From assembly GCF_013365475.1 (NCBI RefSeq), contig NZ_CP046579.1, forward strand, positions 180,001 through 212,000: a stretch of DNA of 32,000 bases, read 5' to 3'. Below, piece after piece: positions 18,056-27,472 of this stretch (within the stretch, counting starts at the first letter, position 1; each line of letters starts with the position of its first letter). Source of the DNA: Candidatus Saccharimonadota bacterium (lineage in GTDB: Bacteria > Pseudomonadota > Alphaproteobacteria > Rickettsiales > Anaplasmataceae). The notes beneath the pieces are model-generated. The model was not told the DNA's origin, made no database searches, and saw only the letters and a program-made list of their open reading frames with translations. The position numbers and the translations under genes were made by a program.

Positions 18056-20179
18056 TTACTCCAATATTTCTCTTTTTCCTGAGTGATTTGGGGCACTAAC
18101 AATACCTTCCTTTTCCATTCTTTCAATAATGTTTGCAGCTCTATTGTATCCTATTCTCAGCTGTCTCTGAATGTAACTAGTTGAAACTTTTCGATCCCTT
18201 TGTATGATAATTACTGCTTGTTTATATAAACTATCTTCTTCATTATCTGCTTCATTGCTAGATTTTATAGAAAAATTTTCATCTTCTTTTGTAACTTCTT
18301 CTATGTAATTTGGTTCCCCTTGTGCTTTCAAGTGATTAACTATATTCTGCACCTCATTATCACTTACGAATGGGCCGTGAACTCGAATAATTTTACCACC
18401 AGGGGCCATATAGAGCATATCACCCATGCCAAGTAATTGTTCAGCACCTTGTTCACCGAGTATCGTACGACTATCTATTTTAGAAGTAACAGCAAAGCTT
18501 ATCCTTGTAGGAAAATTTGCTTTTATCACACCTGTTATAATATCTACAGATGGACGTTGAGTTGCCATTATGATATGTATTCCTGCAGCACGAGCCATCT
18601 GAGCCAAGCGTTGAATAGAACGCTCTATGTCTTTACCAGCAATAAGCATCAAATCTGCCATTTCATCTACGATTACTACAATGTACGGAAATGTTTCCAT
18701 TTCAATGGACATTTTTTCAAATAGAGGTTTGCCTGTTGTTGAGTTAAATCCAATTTGTACAACACGCTCAAGTTCCTTCCCACTGCTTATTGCTTCTGTA
18801 ATCTTTTTATTATAGCTTATTACATTTCGTACACTTAAATATGACATCATGCGGTAGCGGTTTTCCATCTCCTTTATTGTCCACTTAAGGGCAATCAAGG
18901 CTTTCTTTGGCTCTGTTACTACTGGTGTTATTAAATGTGGTATTTTATCATATATTGAAAGTTCAAGCATTTTTGGATCAATCATTATCATCTTACATTC
19001 ACTAGGACTTAATCGATAAATAAGTGAAAGAGTCATAGTATTAATCGCAACTGATTTGCCAGATCCTGTAGTCCCAGCAATAAGCAAGTGTGGCATTTTA
19101 GCTAAATCAGCGATGATAGGGTTTCCGCTTATTTCTTTTCCTAGTGCGATTGGAAGATTTAAGTTTGCATTTTGGTACTCTTGAGATTCGAACAAATCAC
19201 GTAACATAACAATCTCTCGTTCTTTATTTGGTAATTCTATTCCTATAGCATTTTGCCCACGGATTATTGAAATTCTTGCAGAGACTGCACTTACTGAACG
19301 TGCAATGTCATCTGCAAGACTGATCACTCTTGCAGATTTTGTGCCAGCTTGTGGTTCAAATTTGTATAAAGTTACAACCGGTCCATAACACACGTTGATA
19401 ATTTTTCCTTGCACGCCAAAATCATTGAGAACCTGTTCTAATAGGGACAAGTTTTTATTACTTTCCATTCCATTCAGCTGATTTTTATGTAAAGATTTTT
19501 CTACTTTAGAAAGTAAGTGAACGCTTGGAAATTCAAATTTACTAAAGGTTGTAGAAACCTTCTTAGTATTTTTTTTCTGTCTTCCTTTTAGCTCTTGCTT
19601 AACAGCAATTTGAACGCTTTGTTCTTCTACTACTAACGGTGCAACTAGATTTAGATATTTAACGATTTTATTTGACATAGAAAATGGAAGATTTGAAGAA
19701 AGGTAAGCTACTTTTTTGCATAGAAGGAATAAAGATTGAATCGTTCTCTTCCATCCAATCAATCCTAATATTCCTACTAAAAATGCTATTATAAATGTGT
19801 AAAATGGGTAGTGGCTAATTAAAATATTTCCTACTATTCCACTGTGCATGTACCTTGCAGTAGTACTAAGTGGGAATTTAGCCAATATAGCACATATTCC
19901 TAGGTTAATCAATGTTAGGTAGCTAATTTTTAGCAGCCTTTTTGGTGGCCTAAAAATCAAGAAGTAAACTACAGTCGTAACTATTGTAATGCTATTTAAT
20001 CCAAAAAATTGGACTAATATATCAGCTGAATATGAACCAACTACTCCACCCCAGTTTGTTACTCTTTCATTTGTAACTGTATTTAAGGATGGGTCTTTAT
20101 AGTTGTAACTGAAAACTGATATATATATATATATTAGTGCCAATAGGTATATTATTGGCTTCAGATATTTTTTTATCAT
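18056..20179 (-). CDS. ftsK: DNA translocase FtsK
   Basis: N-terminal TM segments, the motor domain Walker A ...LLIAGTTGSGKSVAIN... and Walker B ...IVVIVDEMADLM..., and a C-terminal gamma winged-helix ...STSYIQRQLRIGYNRAANIIERME.... Confidence 0.95.
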   Translation of the reverse strand: MIKKYLKPIIYLLALIYIYISVFSYNYKDPSLNTVTNERVTNWGGVVGSYSADILVQFFGLNSITIVTTVVYFLIFRPPKRLLKISYLTLINLGICAILAKFPLSTTARYMHSGIVGNILISHYPFYTFIIAFLVGILGLIGWKRTIQSLFLLCKKVAYLSSNLPFSMSNKIVKYLNLVAPLVVEEQSVQIAVKQELKGRQKKNTKKVSTTFSKFEFPSVHLLSKVEKSLHKNQLNGMESNKNLSLLEQVLNDFGVQGKIINVCYGPVVTLYKFEPQAGTKSARVISLADDIARSVSAVSARISIIRGQNAIGIELPNKEREIVMLRDLFESQEYQNANLNLPIALGKEISGNPIIADLAKMPHLLIAGTTGSGKSVAINTMTLSLIYRLSPSECKMIMIDPKMLELSIYDKIPHLITPVVTEPKKALIALKWTIKEMENRYRMMSYLSVRNVISYNKKITEAISSGKELERVVQIGFNSTTGKPLFEKMSIEMETFPYIVVIVDEMADLMLIAGKDIERSIQRLAQMARAAGIHIIMATQRPSVDIITGVIKANFPTRISFAVTSKIDSRTILGEQGAEQLLGMGDMLYMAPGGKIIRVHGPFVSDNEVQNIVNHLKAQGEPNYIEEVTKEDENFSIKSSNEADNEEDSLYKQAVIIIQRDRKVSTSYIQRQLRIGYNRAANIIERMEKEGIVSAPNHSGKREILE

Positions 20180-20458
20180 CTACTTGAAGTAGTAATTCAT
20201 TGTGTATTTCACAAAGTGAATTGTTATTAGTAGTATCATTATAGATAAATCTAATCCATTGACCGATCCTATGTATCTTCTAATAACCTTTAATGGTGGG
20301 TGGATGAGCTTGGTTAAAGTTTGCATTACGCTGCTCACAGCTTCATTATACATGTTAGCTATATTAATTTTAATCAACCAATCCAGAATAACCCAACATA
20401 TTAGAATGAAGCTGTAAAGATCAAGTATTAGGTTAAGTAAATATATGATTGGGTGCAT
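20180..20458 (-). CDS. yggT: YggT family membrane protein
   Basis: 92 aa with two hydrophobic segments. ...LYSFILICWVILDW... and ...HPPLKVIRRYIGSVNGLDLSIMILLI... fit the YGGT repeat (P.l.P.R..iP..gg.DlS). Its stop abuts the ftsK start codon. Confidence 0.6.
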   Translation of the reverse strand: MHPIIYLLNLILDLYSFILICWVILDWLIKINIANMYNEAVSSVMQTLTKLIHPPLKVIRRYIGSVNGLDLSIMILLITIHFVKYTMNYYFK

Positions 20459-20756
20459 ATATGTCTATCATATGAAAATTACATATAAAGATAAATGCCT
20501 ATTTCCCCTAAATCAATCCCCTTTCTAAACTTAAAGTTTTTCATTGTTTTATCTTTTACCTCACAACCTGTCATTAGTGTAGGACCTAGCTATAATGCTA
20601 TGCATAGAAGCTTCCATAAATGTTCATTTTTTGAAATGACCTTCTCCAACTGAACTAGCAATAGAGTTCCTGTTTGTAGGATTGTTGTAAGTCTTAAATA
20701 GCGCTTTACTTTAAGTAGAATGTGAATATCATTTAGAATATATTTTTGAGATCTGT

Positions 20757-21914
20757 ATGTCAGAGGTTGCAAGTGTAAATGTAAAAACTAAAGAGCAAAG
20801 TTATGTATGTGGCCAGGTAAGTTTTAGCGTAGGACGTGCAAATCTTCTAAGTACGTTATCTAAAATAAGCGGAGTAGTTGAAAGACGTCATGCGATAGAT
20901 GCTTTAGCGTGTATAAATATCATGGCACAACATAGTAGCATAAAATTAAAAGCAACTGATCTTGATATTTCAATATTTGCCTCACTTGCTGCAGATGTAT
21001 TAATGGAAGGAGAAATAAAAATCCCAGCTCATACTTTACATAGTATCATAAAAAAACTACCAGCTGATTTAGATGTTCACTTTGAAATGAATGATCAGGA
21101 GAAACTGTTGATATCTTGTGGAAATGCAAGCTTTTCTTTACCAAATGTAATTTCAAATAACTTTCCTCTTCTTGAAGAAGGAGATTATAAACATGGTTTT
21201 ACTCTACTAAATACGGATCTAATAGATCTATTAACTAAGACAAAGTTTGCAGTATCGTTGGATGATACAAGGTACAATTTAAATGGAATATACCTAAGTT
21301 TAGATGAGCAGTTTCTATATTGTATTGCAACTGATGGACATCGATTAGCATGTGTAAAGAGACTAAAACCCCAAAACATCAATGTGGAACTTGGTGTAAT
21401 TATCCCACGCAAGACTGTCATGGAGCTACTGAAAGTGTTAGATAGTTGTGAAAAAGTTGACATAAGACTTTCAGATAGAAAAATCAAATTCACATGTAGT
21501 GGGTACACGATGATATCAAAGTTGATAGATGGCACCTTTCCTGATTACAAGACTGTTATCCCTACATACCGGGATAAGCAAATGATCGTTGAAAGCAGTA
21601 AGTTAGCTAACGTTATAGATCGAGTTTCTGTTGTAGTATCTGATAAGATAAAGTCTGTAAAATTCTTTTTACAAAAGAAACTATTAACTCTACACTCAAG
21701 CTCTCAAGAATGTAACGATGCAACTGAGTCTATAGAGGTAGATTATAATGGAACAAATGTAGAAATAGGGTTTAATTCGCGTTATTTACTTGATGCATTA
21801 TCTTGTATAAGAAACAAATGCAAGTTTAGTTTTACTGATGCTAGTAGTGCTATAATTATCACTGACGAGGATGATCCGAATGCATTATATATAGTGATGC
21901 CAATGAGAATATAA
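20757..21914 (+). CDS. dnaN: DNA polymerase III subunit beta (sliding clamp)
   Basis: ...LLSTLSKISGVVERRH..., ...LKATDLDISI..., ...ATDGHRLA..., ...LIDGTFPDYKTVIP..., ...IGFNSRYLLDAL..., and C-terminal ...YIVMPMRI. Confidence 0.95.
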   Translation: MSEVASVNVKTKEQSYVCGQVSFSVGRANLLSTLSKISGVVERRHAIDALACINIMAQHSSIKLKATDLDISIFASLAADVLMEGEIKIPAHTLHSIIKKLPADLDVHFEMNDQEKLLISCGNASFSLPNVISNNFPLLEEGDYKHGFTLLNTDLIDLLTKTKFAVSLDDTRYNLNGIYLSLDEQFLYCIATDGHRLACVKRLKPQNINVELGVIIPRKTVMELLKVLDSCEKVDIRLSDRKIKFTCSGYTMISKLIDGTFPDYKTVIPTYRDKQMIVESSKLANVIDRVSVVVSDKIKSVKFFLQKKLLTLHSSSQECNDATESIEVDYNGTNVEIGFNSRYLLDALSCIRNKCKFSFTDASSAIIITDEDDPNALYIVMPMRI

Positions 21915-21915
21915 G

Positions 21916-22692
21916 TTAATAATCTACCTTCACCAAGTATAAACCGCAAGGTGGTGCAGTCATTCCAGAAGATTTTCTTTTGCGTTGATTTAATATATTT
22001 ATCATTTCTTGTGGATCAGTTTTGTTTTTCCCAAATTCAACTAAAGTGCCGACAATGATTCTTACCTGATTATGTAAAAAGGAAATAGCAGATATTTTAA
22101 TGTATATATGATTTCCATTCTGGACTATCTCAATATCATCAATTGTTCTTATTAAATTTTTAGCTTGGCAGCTTTTTGAACAGAAACTTGAAAGGTCATG
22201 TTTCCCGATCAAGTGTTTAGCAGCCTTACGCATAGTGTTTACGTCAAGTGGAGCAAATATCTGCCATACATAACCAGCTTCGAGAGCTATAGGGGCATAG
22301 CGATTAATTATTCTATACTCGTAATGCCTTTTTTTTGCTGAGAATCGTGAGTGAAATGCATTATCTACAATTTCTACGTTGAGTACAACCACTGGAATAG
22401 ATTTAAGATGGTAATTTATTGCAGCTCTTATTTTATGAAGATTGAATTCTCTTTCCATATCAAAATGAGCAACTTGCCCTAAAGCATGAACTCCTGCATC
22501 AGTTCTTCCAGCACAATGTAAAGTAATTTGCTCTCCACTAAAATTAAATATCGCATTTTCTATGGTTTCCTGGATTGAGTTAGCAGAATGCTGCTGTTTT
22601 TGCCAACCTGAGAAACTGCTACCATTGTATTCTGCTGTTATTTTATATCTCACTGCAAGTTTGTCTGATTTTCTATTTATAATATAATTCAA
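21916..22692 (-). CDS. truA: tRNA pseudouridine(38-40) synthase
   Basis: ...YKITAEYNGSSFSGWQKQ... and the catalytic ...AGRTDAGVHALGQVAHF.... The coordinates give the maximal ORF (TTG 22692). GTG 22653, giving MRYKITAEYNG, looks like the more canonical start. Confidence 0.9.
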   Translation of the reverse strand: MNYIINRKSDKLAVRYKITAEYNGSSFSGWQKQQHSANSIQETIENAIFNFSGEQITLHCAGRTDAGVHALGQVAHFDMEREFNLHKIRAAINYHLKSIPVVVLNVEIVDNAFHSRFSAKKRHYEYRIINRYAPIALEAGYVWQIFAPLDVNTMRKAAKHLIGKHDLSSFCSKSCQAKNLIRTIDDIEIVQNGNHIYIKISAISFLHNQVRIIVGTLVEFGKNKTDPQEMINILNQRKRKSSGMTAPPCGLYLVKVDY

Positions 22693-22739
22693 GTCAGGTC
22701 ATTTATCTATGACAATGTTATTCTTTAAGTTAAAAATTC

Positions 22740-22768
22740 TTGGCAGACTATTTACATTTAGTTAACAT
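22740..22768 (+). promoter_or_regulatory. candidate sigma70-type promoter for recA
   Basis: TTGGCA (22740-22745), a 17-nt spacer, then TAACAT (22763-22768), about 29 nt upstream of the recA ATG. Pattern match only, in AT-rich DNA. Confidence 0.25.
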
Positions 22769-22796
22769 GAAAATTATGCAAGTTGATAAGTGATCT

Positions 22797-23864
22797 ATGA
22801 TGAGTGATATAGAGGAAAGTAATGATGATAAACAAAAAGCACTAGGAAATGCAATAAGTCAGATTGAAAAAGCTTTTGGTAAGGGTGCAATAATGAAATT
22901 AAAGCAAAACCCTATAGAGAAGATAGATACAGTATCTACAGGATCGATTGGACTTGACTCAGCTCTTGGCATTGGTGGATTACCAAAAGGACGCATAATT
23001 GAGATATTCGGTCCTGAGAGCTCTGGTAAAACTACTCTTGCTTTGCATGTAGTTGCTGAAGCCCAAAAGAAAGGTGGATTGTGTGCTTTTATTGATGCAG
23101 AGCATGCATTAGATATCATATATACCCGTAAGATTGGGGTGAACACTGACGATCTGGTAGTTTCACAGCCAGATACTGGAGAGCAAGCTTTACATATTGT
23201 TGAGTATTTAGTATGTTCTGGTGCGATTAATGTGGTTGTTGTTGATTCAGTTGCAGCATTAACCCCAAGAGCTGAAATTGAAGGAAATATTGGTGATCAG
23301 CATATAGGACTACATGCAAGACTTCTAAGTCATGGGCTTCGAAAGCTTACCTCAGCAGTTTCAAGAGCAAACTGTGTATTAATATTTATTAATCAAATTC
23401 GTATGAGAATAGGGGTAATGTATGGAAGTCCTGAAACTACTACAGGTGGAAACGCATTGAAATTTTATTCTTCTGTAAGACTTGACATAAGAAAAGTTGG
23501 TACAATAAAGGATAAGGAGAACATTATAGGTAATGAAACGAGAGTTAAAGTTGTAAAGAATAAAGTTGCTCCTCCATTTAGGGAGGCAAAATTTGACATA
23601 ATATACAATGAGGGCATATCAAAACTTGGAGAAATAATAGATATAGGAACAAGGCTTGGTATACTTGGGAAAGCTGGCACTTATTATTCATATAACAACA
23701 CTCGCCTTGGACAAGGGAAATGGAATGTAAAAAATTATCTAAAGACAAACAAAGGAGTTGCAACTGAAATAGAAATCAAAATCAGAGATTTATTTAAAAA
23801 TCTAGATAATCATATCCCTCACGAAGATGAGGGTGAGCAACTTTTAGAAGAGTCAATATTGTAA
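22797..23864 (+). CDS. recA: recombinase RecA
   Basis: ...[14 protein letters not shown]..., Walker A ...[15 protein letters not shown]..., ...[10 protein letters not shown]..., ...VVVDSVAAL..., ...[36 protein letters not shown].... Confidence 0.97.
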   Translation: MMSDIEESNDDKQKALGNAISQIEKAFGKGAIMKLKQNPIEKIDTVSTGSIGLDSALGIGGLPKGRIIEIFGPESSGKTTLALHVVAEAQKKGGLCAFIDAEHALDIIYTRKIGVNTDDLVVSQPDTGEQALHIVEYLVCSGAINVVVVDSVAALTPRAEIEGNIGDQHIGLHARLLSHGLRKLTSAVSRANCVLIFINQIRMRIGVMYGSPETTTGGNALKFYSSVRLDIRKVGTIKDKENIIGNETRVKVVKNKVAPPFREAKFDIIYNEGISKLGEIIDIGTRLGILGKAGTYYSYNNTRLGQGKWNVKNYLKTNKGVATEIEIKIRDLFKNLDNHIPHEDEGEQLLEESIL

Positions 23865-24182
23865 TCTTTCATTCATGGAATAATGGATTTCTAAGTAGAA
23901 AAGAGGTATAGATAGAGGTAAAAGGAACTAAATATAGTGGTCTATCAAGAAGGCTTTTTTCTTCTATTCTAAGTACTCCTTCCTAGATATCCAAGTCTAC
24001 GTTTATACTTGTGATATTTTCCCTTATCTAGTTGAGTAAGGTTTAGTTGCTTTAAATAGCACAACTGCTAATTCAATAGTAGGATTACTATTGACAACAG
24101 TAGTATACAGTGTTGGTTATCATTTTAGTAGATTATTTAAAAATTTTTTATTCTTTGTTTCTATGTGAACTTGTTTTTTTAT

Positions 24183-24512
24183 TTACTTCTGCAAGATTAT
24201 CGTTTTCTTACGTTGACCATAGAATTTATCTTCTATTAATTTTGCATTACATCTATTTGCTTGATCTGAATTATCCTGATGGTAGTTCAGTGTTACCTTG
24301 TGACCTTGTTTATTAGTCTGTTGTTTTCTTGAAGTTTGCTTAATTCTTTCCTGAGTTGTAATATTATGGTTCTAACTTTTCAAATAACCATGGATTTCTT
24401 CACTTTCTTATTTTATGACAGCTTTTCTTGATTTCTTACTTCTACTGTCTATGATCTTTTTATTTATCTTACCAGAATATGATGTATTTTTAGAACTAGT
24501 ATAGTAGTGACA
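24183..24512 (-). pseudogene. decayed ORF remnant (unidentified, basic and polar-rich product)
   Basis: A single minus-strand frame of 110 codons contains only two internal in-frame stops (TAA at 24408-24410, TAG at 24372-24374). It reads CHYYTSSKNTSYSGKINKKIIDSRSKKSRKAVIK*ESEEIHGYLKS*NHNITTQERIKQTSRKQQTNKQGHKVTLNYHQDNSDQANRCNAKLIEDKFYGQRKKTIILQK*. No start codon is retained. Confidence 0.35.
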
Positions 24513-24828
24513 TCATATCACTGTTGCCAATCTATAAGGTCAATAGCGTATCATTTATATTTTTATATATTATATCTTGCTTCTGCTTAAGTCATTTTAA
24601 GCACTTATTATCTGTAATATTTCTGGCAATTGTTTATGTTATTGGTTTTTCCTAACTATTTATTTTTTAAAGTCATAGAAAAGTACTTACTTTTTAAAAT
24701 AGCATTAAAAATAGCAAATTATAGGAGTAATACTTTTAAAGTAATAGTTAAAATAGAAGGATATACAGCGGATTAAAATAACACACCACTAGAGTTTTTA
24801 TAAAGGAGAGGCAGCAAAACACTTCTGA

Positions 24829-24901
24829 TGATCCCGGCGCGAATCGAACGCGCGACCTACTGATTAAAAGTCAGTTGCTCTACCAGCTGAGCTACGGGAT
24901 C
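24829..24901 (-). tRNA. tRNA-Lys (anticodon UUU)
   Basis: The reverse complement folds as GATCCCG-TA-GCTC-AGCTGGTA-GAGC-A-ACTGA-CTTTTAA-TCAGT-AGGTC-GCGCG-TTCGATT-CGCGC-CGGGATC-A. 73 nt, no encoded CCA. Confidence 0.93.
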
Positions 24902-24993
24902 ACTGAATTTATTGGGTATATGATATATCTTTTACACATTTTAATCAAACTAAAGTTTTTATATATGCAGAATATATATCATAATTAAGCTTC

Positions 24994-25023
24994 TTGACAG
25001 CAGCTTAACACTTCTTGTATTCT
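24994..25023 (+). promoter_or_regulatory. candidate promoter for tRNA-Ala
   Basis: TTGACA (24994-24999), an 18-nt spacer, then TATTCT (25018-25023) preceded by TG. It lies 28 nt upstream of the tRNA 5' end. Confidence 0.3.
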
Positions 25024-25051
25024 AGTCTAGTCAATTTACTCTACGACAACT

Positions 25052-25127
25052 GGGGGCATAGCTCAATTGGTAGAGCATCTGTTTTGCACGCAGAAGGTCA
25101 GCGGTTCGACTCCGCTTGCTTCCACCA
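25052..25127 (+). tRNA. tRNA-Ala (anticodon UGC), CCA encoded
   Basis: GGGGGCA-TA-GCTC-AATTGGTA-GAGC-A-TCTGT-TTTGCAC-GCAGA-AGGTC-AGCGG-TTCGACT-CCGCT-TGCTTCC-A-CCA. The G3:U70 alanine identity pair is present. Confidence 0.95.
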
Positions 25128-25298
25128 GTATTTTTAATATGTTGTAAGTTACTGTAATATTTTATTTTAACTAGCTATACTTACATATAGCTCAGATAAC
25201 TCTTAAAGATAAATTAATGGGTTAGCAAAAAAGCTTCTTGTGATAAGTTATTAATATTGTATATTATATTATTTTTAATAAAATTTGAATTAAAATAT

Positions 25299-26951
25299 AT
25301 GAATAGTGATGATCCGTCTGTAAATCCTTCAGTTAATATCAAAAAACTGTTGTCAAACAGATTCATAGAAGAGGTGCATCAAGGTCAGTTCGAAGGTCGA
25401 GATGACATTTTATTCCAAGATTCTTTCGTCAAGAAAATTAAAGAAGGTGATGTAGTAGAAGGCGTAATTACAAGGATAAATTCTAATGATATTGTAGTTG
25501 ATGTTGGCTTAAAGTCTGATGGAAGAATTCCAATTAAAGAACTAGGCTATAGTGATAGAATTGCTGTTGGTTCTAAAATTAGAGTGTATGTAGAAAGAAT
25601 CGAGGATTATCATGGTAACGTATCTCTTAGCCGCGAGAAAGCAATTAGAGATGAAAAATGGCATAGATTGGAAGAGAGTGCAGCTACTCAAACTGAGGTG
25701 AGCGGAGTTATTAAACGTTCAATTAAATGCGGTTTCGTTGTTGATCTTGGAGATGGAATAAGTGCTTTTTTACCTCTAAGTCATGTAGATTTGAAGCAAG
25801 TAAGGGATACTAAGCACCTTATTGATACTGAACAAAAATTCATTGTACTTAAAGTGGATAAGAAACAAGGCAACATTGTAGTATCAAGAAAGCTAGTGTT
25901 AGAAAAATTACATGCTGGGGAAAAAATTAAGTTTTTAGAATCTTTAAGTGAAGGTGATGTAATAGAGGGAAGAATAAAAAGCATTACTCATTACGGGGTA
26001 TTTGTTGGCATTCATGAGTCAGATGCAGTAGGGATTGTCGATGGCTTATTGCATATTACAGATATCTCTTGGAGTAGAGTAAGCCATCCATCTGCAATTT
26101 TTACTTGTGGCCAAAGCATAAAAGTCAAAGTTATAAAAATAGATAAAGAAAATGCAAAAGTCTCTCTAGGAATGAAGCAGCTAGAGGATAACCCTTGGTA
26201 TGATATAGAGTCAAAATATCCAGTTGATGGTGTGCATAAAGGTCATGTAACGAGCATAGAAGATTATGGAGTGTTTGTTGAACTTAAACCTGGAATTGAA
26301 GGGTTGGTACACTCATCAGAGATAACTTGGGTTAAGAATAATTTGCCAGTTAGTAATTTTGTGGCTAGAGGGCAGGAAGTATCTGTTAAGATACTTAGTG
26401 TTGACACTGTTAAAAATAGGATGAGTTTGAGCATGAAAAGATGTGTAGATAATCCTTGGCAAATATTTACTAATAAATATCCTCCTGGCTCTATTGTCTC
26501 TGGTAGGGTTAAGAGCAATACTGGATTATATATGTCCATTGTTTTTGATGATTGTGAAATAGATGAGAATGTGGAGGGGGTAATTTATGCACAAGATATA
26601 AGCTGGTCTAGGAATGGCTTAGAACAAATAAAGAAATATAATATTAATGATATAATAAAGGCAAAGGTAATAAGGGTTAACGTAAGTCGAGCGAGAATTT
26701 ATCTCGGTATAAAGCAAATAGAGTATGACCCTCTTGTAGAGCTAATAAAGAAAGTGAAAATAGGTGATAGAATGAAGGCCATTGTCAGTAAGAAAGAAGA
26801 TAATGGGTTAATTGTTGAAATTGAAAATAATGTAGCTCTCTCAGTAAGTCAAGAGCATCTATCAGAAAATAGGAGGTTTTCTATATCAGAAAAAGTAGAA
26901 GTAGAAGTTTTGGGTATTGAAGCATATAATATAATACTCTCGGCAGAGTAA
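25299..26951 (+). CDS. rpsA: 30S ribosomal protein S1
   Basis: Six tandem S1 (OB-fold) repeats, for example ...GDVVEGVITRI..., ...GFVVDLGDGISAFLPLSHV..., ...YGVFVGI...DGLLHITDISW..., ...YGVFVELKPGIEGLVHSSEITW.... ATG 25299 (MNSDDPS...) is preferred over the TTG/ATG extension from 25257. Confidence 0.95.
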   Translation: MNSDDPSVNPSVNIKKLLSNRFIEEVHQGQFEGRDDILFQDSFVKKIKEGDVVEGVITRINSNDIVVDVGLKSDGRIPIKELGYSDRIAVGSKIRVYVERIEDYHGNVSLSREKAIRDEKWHRLEESAATQTEVSGVIKRSIKCGFVVDLGDGISAFLPLSHVDLKQVRDTKHLIDTEQKFIVLKVDKKQGNIVVSRKLVLEKLHAGEKIKFLESLSEGDVIEGRIKSITHYGVFVGIHESDAVGIVDGLLHITDISWSRVSHPSAIFTCGQSIKVKVIKIDKENAKVSLGMKQLEDNPWYDIESKYPVDGVHKGHVTSIEDYGVFVELKPGIEGLVHSSEITWVKNNLPVSNFVARGQEVSVKILSVDTVKNRMSLSMKRCVDNPWQIFTNKYPPGSIVSGRVKSNTGLYMSIVFDDCEIDENVEGVIYAQDISWSRNGLEQIKKYNINDIIKAKVIRVNVSRARIYLGIKQIEYDPLVELIKKVKIGDRMKAIVSKKEDNGLIVEIENNVALSVSQEHLSENRRFSISEKVEVEVLGIEAYNIILSAE

Positions 26952-26975
26952 TTATGGCTTTAGAGCTTCATATAG

Positions 26976-27256
26976 ATGTTAATAAAATCTAGTCTAGTAA
27001 CAAAGGTGGCAAAGAAGCATCCCCTTCTTGGATAAGAAAGTCATGGAGGGCTATCGTTAATAGGCTTTTTGAAGCACTTTCAAATGCATTGAAATGCTTC
27101 AATAGAATTGAAATTAAGAAATTTGGTTCTTTTTCTATTAGGAGCTATAAATTAAAGAAAAAAAAGCACTTAGTGGCACGAAAGTTTACAAGAGTTCAAT
27201 ACTTTAGAACTTATTTTTGTAGCAGTAAAAAATTATCTGATTTAATAAATGAGTAA
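26976..27256 (+). pseudogene. ihfB: integration host factor beta / HU-family DNA-binding protein gene, disrupted by frameshifts
   Basis: Three successive frames carry the pieces of one homologue. Frame A, ATG 26976 to the stop at 27033-27035, gives MLIKSSLVTKVAKKHPLLG*. Frame B (27025-27060) gives FLDKKVMEGYR*. Frame C (27050-27256) gives AIVNRLFEALSNALKCFNRIEIKKFGSFSIRSYKLKKKKHLVARKFTRVQYFRTYFCSSKKLSDLINE*. The order and spacing match IHF-beta (M.KSEL...A.k.P.L..kdVe..V..ifeei..aL..g.rvElRGFGSFsvr...FK.GKeLr.rvN). The position directly after rpsA matches the classical rpsA-ihfB arrangement. Confidence 0.65.
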
Positions 27257-27291
27257 GGGCTTATATTCTACAAGATAAAAGTTTTTTAAGT

Positions 27292-27320
27292 TAGTGCTAA
27301 AGTTTTTAGCATTATTGTAT
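27292..27320 (+). terminator. candidate hairpin terminator downstream of the ihfB remnant
   Basis: TAGTGCTAAA (27292-27301) pairs with TTTAGCATTA (27305-27314): about 10 bp with one G:U pair and a 3-nt loop. It is followed by TTGTAT. Confidence 0.25.
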
Positions 27321-27472
27321 TAAATAATGGAGATGATATAATCATAATTATTGCCAGACCTTGAAGGAGATTCTTAATTTTTAAATTAACAAGAAGTTAA
27401 ATGAAGTAAACTGAAGGTACAAGGGATATAGAGATAAGAATATGACATTGAAGTTAAACATGGTGAGTAAGG

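Noticed and set aside
20119-20134. A (AT)8 dinucleotide run inside the ftsK 5' region, considered as a possible phase-variation tract.
   Set aside because: It encodes the in-frame membrane segment ...LIYIYIS... of an essential gene. It is short, and such runs are expected in DNA this AT-rich.
20459-20756. The region upstream of dnaN, considered as a replication origin.
   Set aside because: I could find no TTATCCACA-like DnaA boxes or clustered AT-rich 13-mers by eye, and dnaA is not adjacent.
20590-20772. A 60-aa minus-strand ORF in the yggT-dnaN spacer that overlaps the dnaN start.
   Set aside because: It is at the minimum length, overlaps the dnaN start codon, has no motifs, and sits where the dnaN promoter must be.
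21185-21535. A 116-aa ORF antisense to dnaN.
   Set aside because: It is nested in a confidently identified gene and has no motifs. The same reasoning applies to 2966..3175, 3206..3412, 3704..3970, 8119..8364, 17183..17398, 18437..18724, 18627..18815 and 31584..31790.
22859-23763. Three ORFs antisense to recA (22859..23146, 23465..23680, 23578..23763).
   Set aside because: They are antisense shadows of recA.
24110-24316. A 68-aa plus-strand ORF (MLVIILVDYLKIFYSLFLCELVF...).
   Set aside because: Its Phe/Leu/Tyr-rich translation comes from a T-rich strand. The opposite strand carries the more protein-like decayed frame (24183-24512), so this is most likely its antisense shadow.
25781-26539. 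ORFs antisense to rpsA (25781..25984, 26264..26539).
   Set aside because: They are antisense shadows of rpsA.
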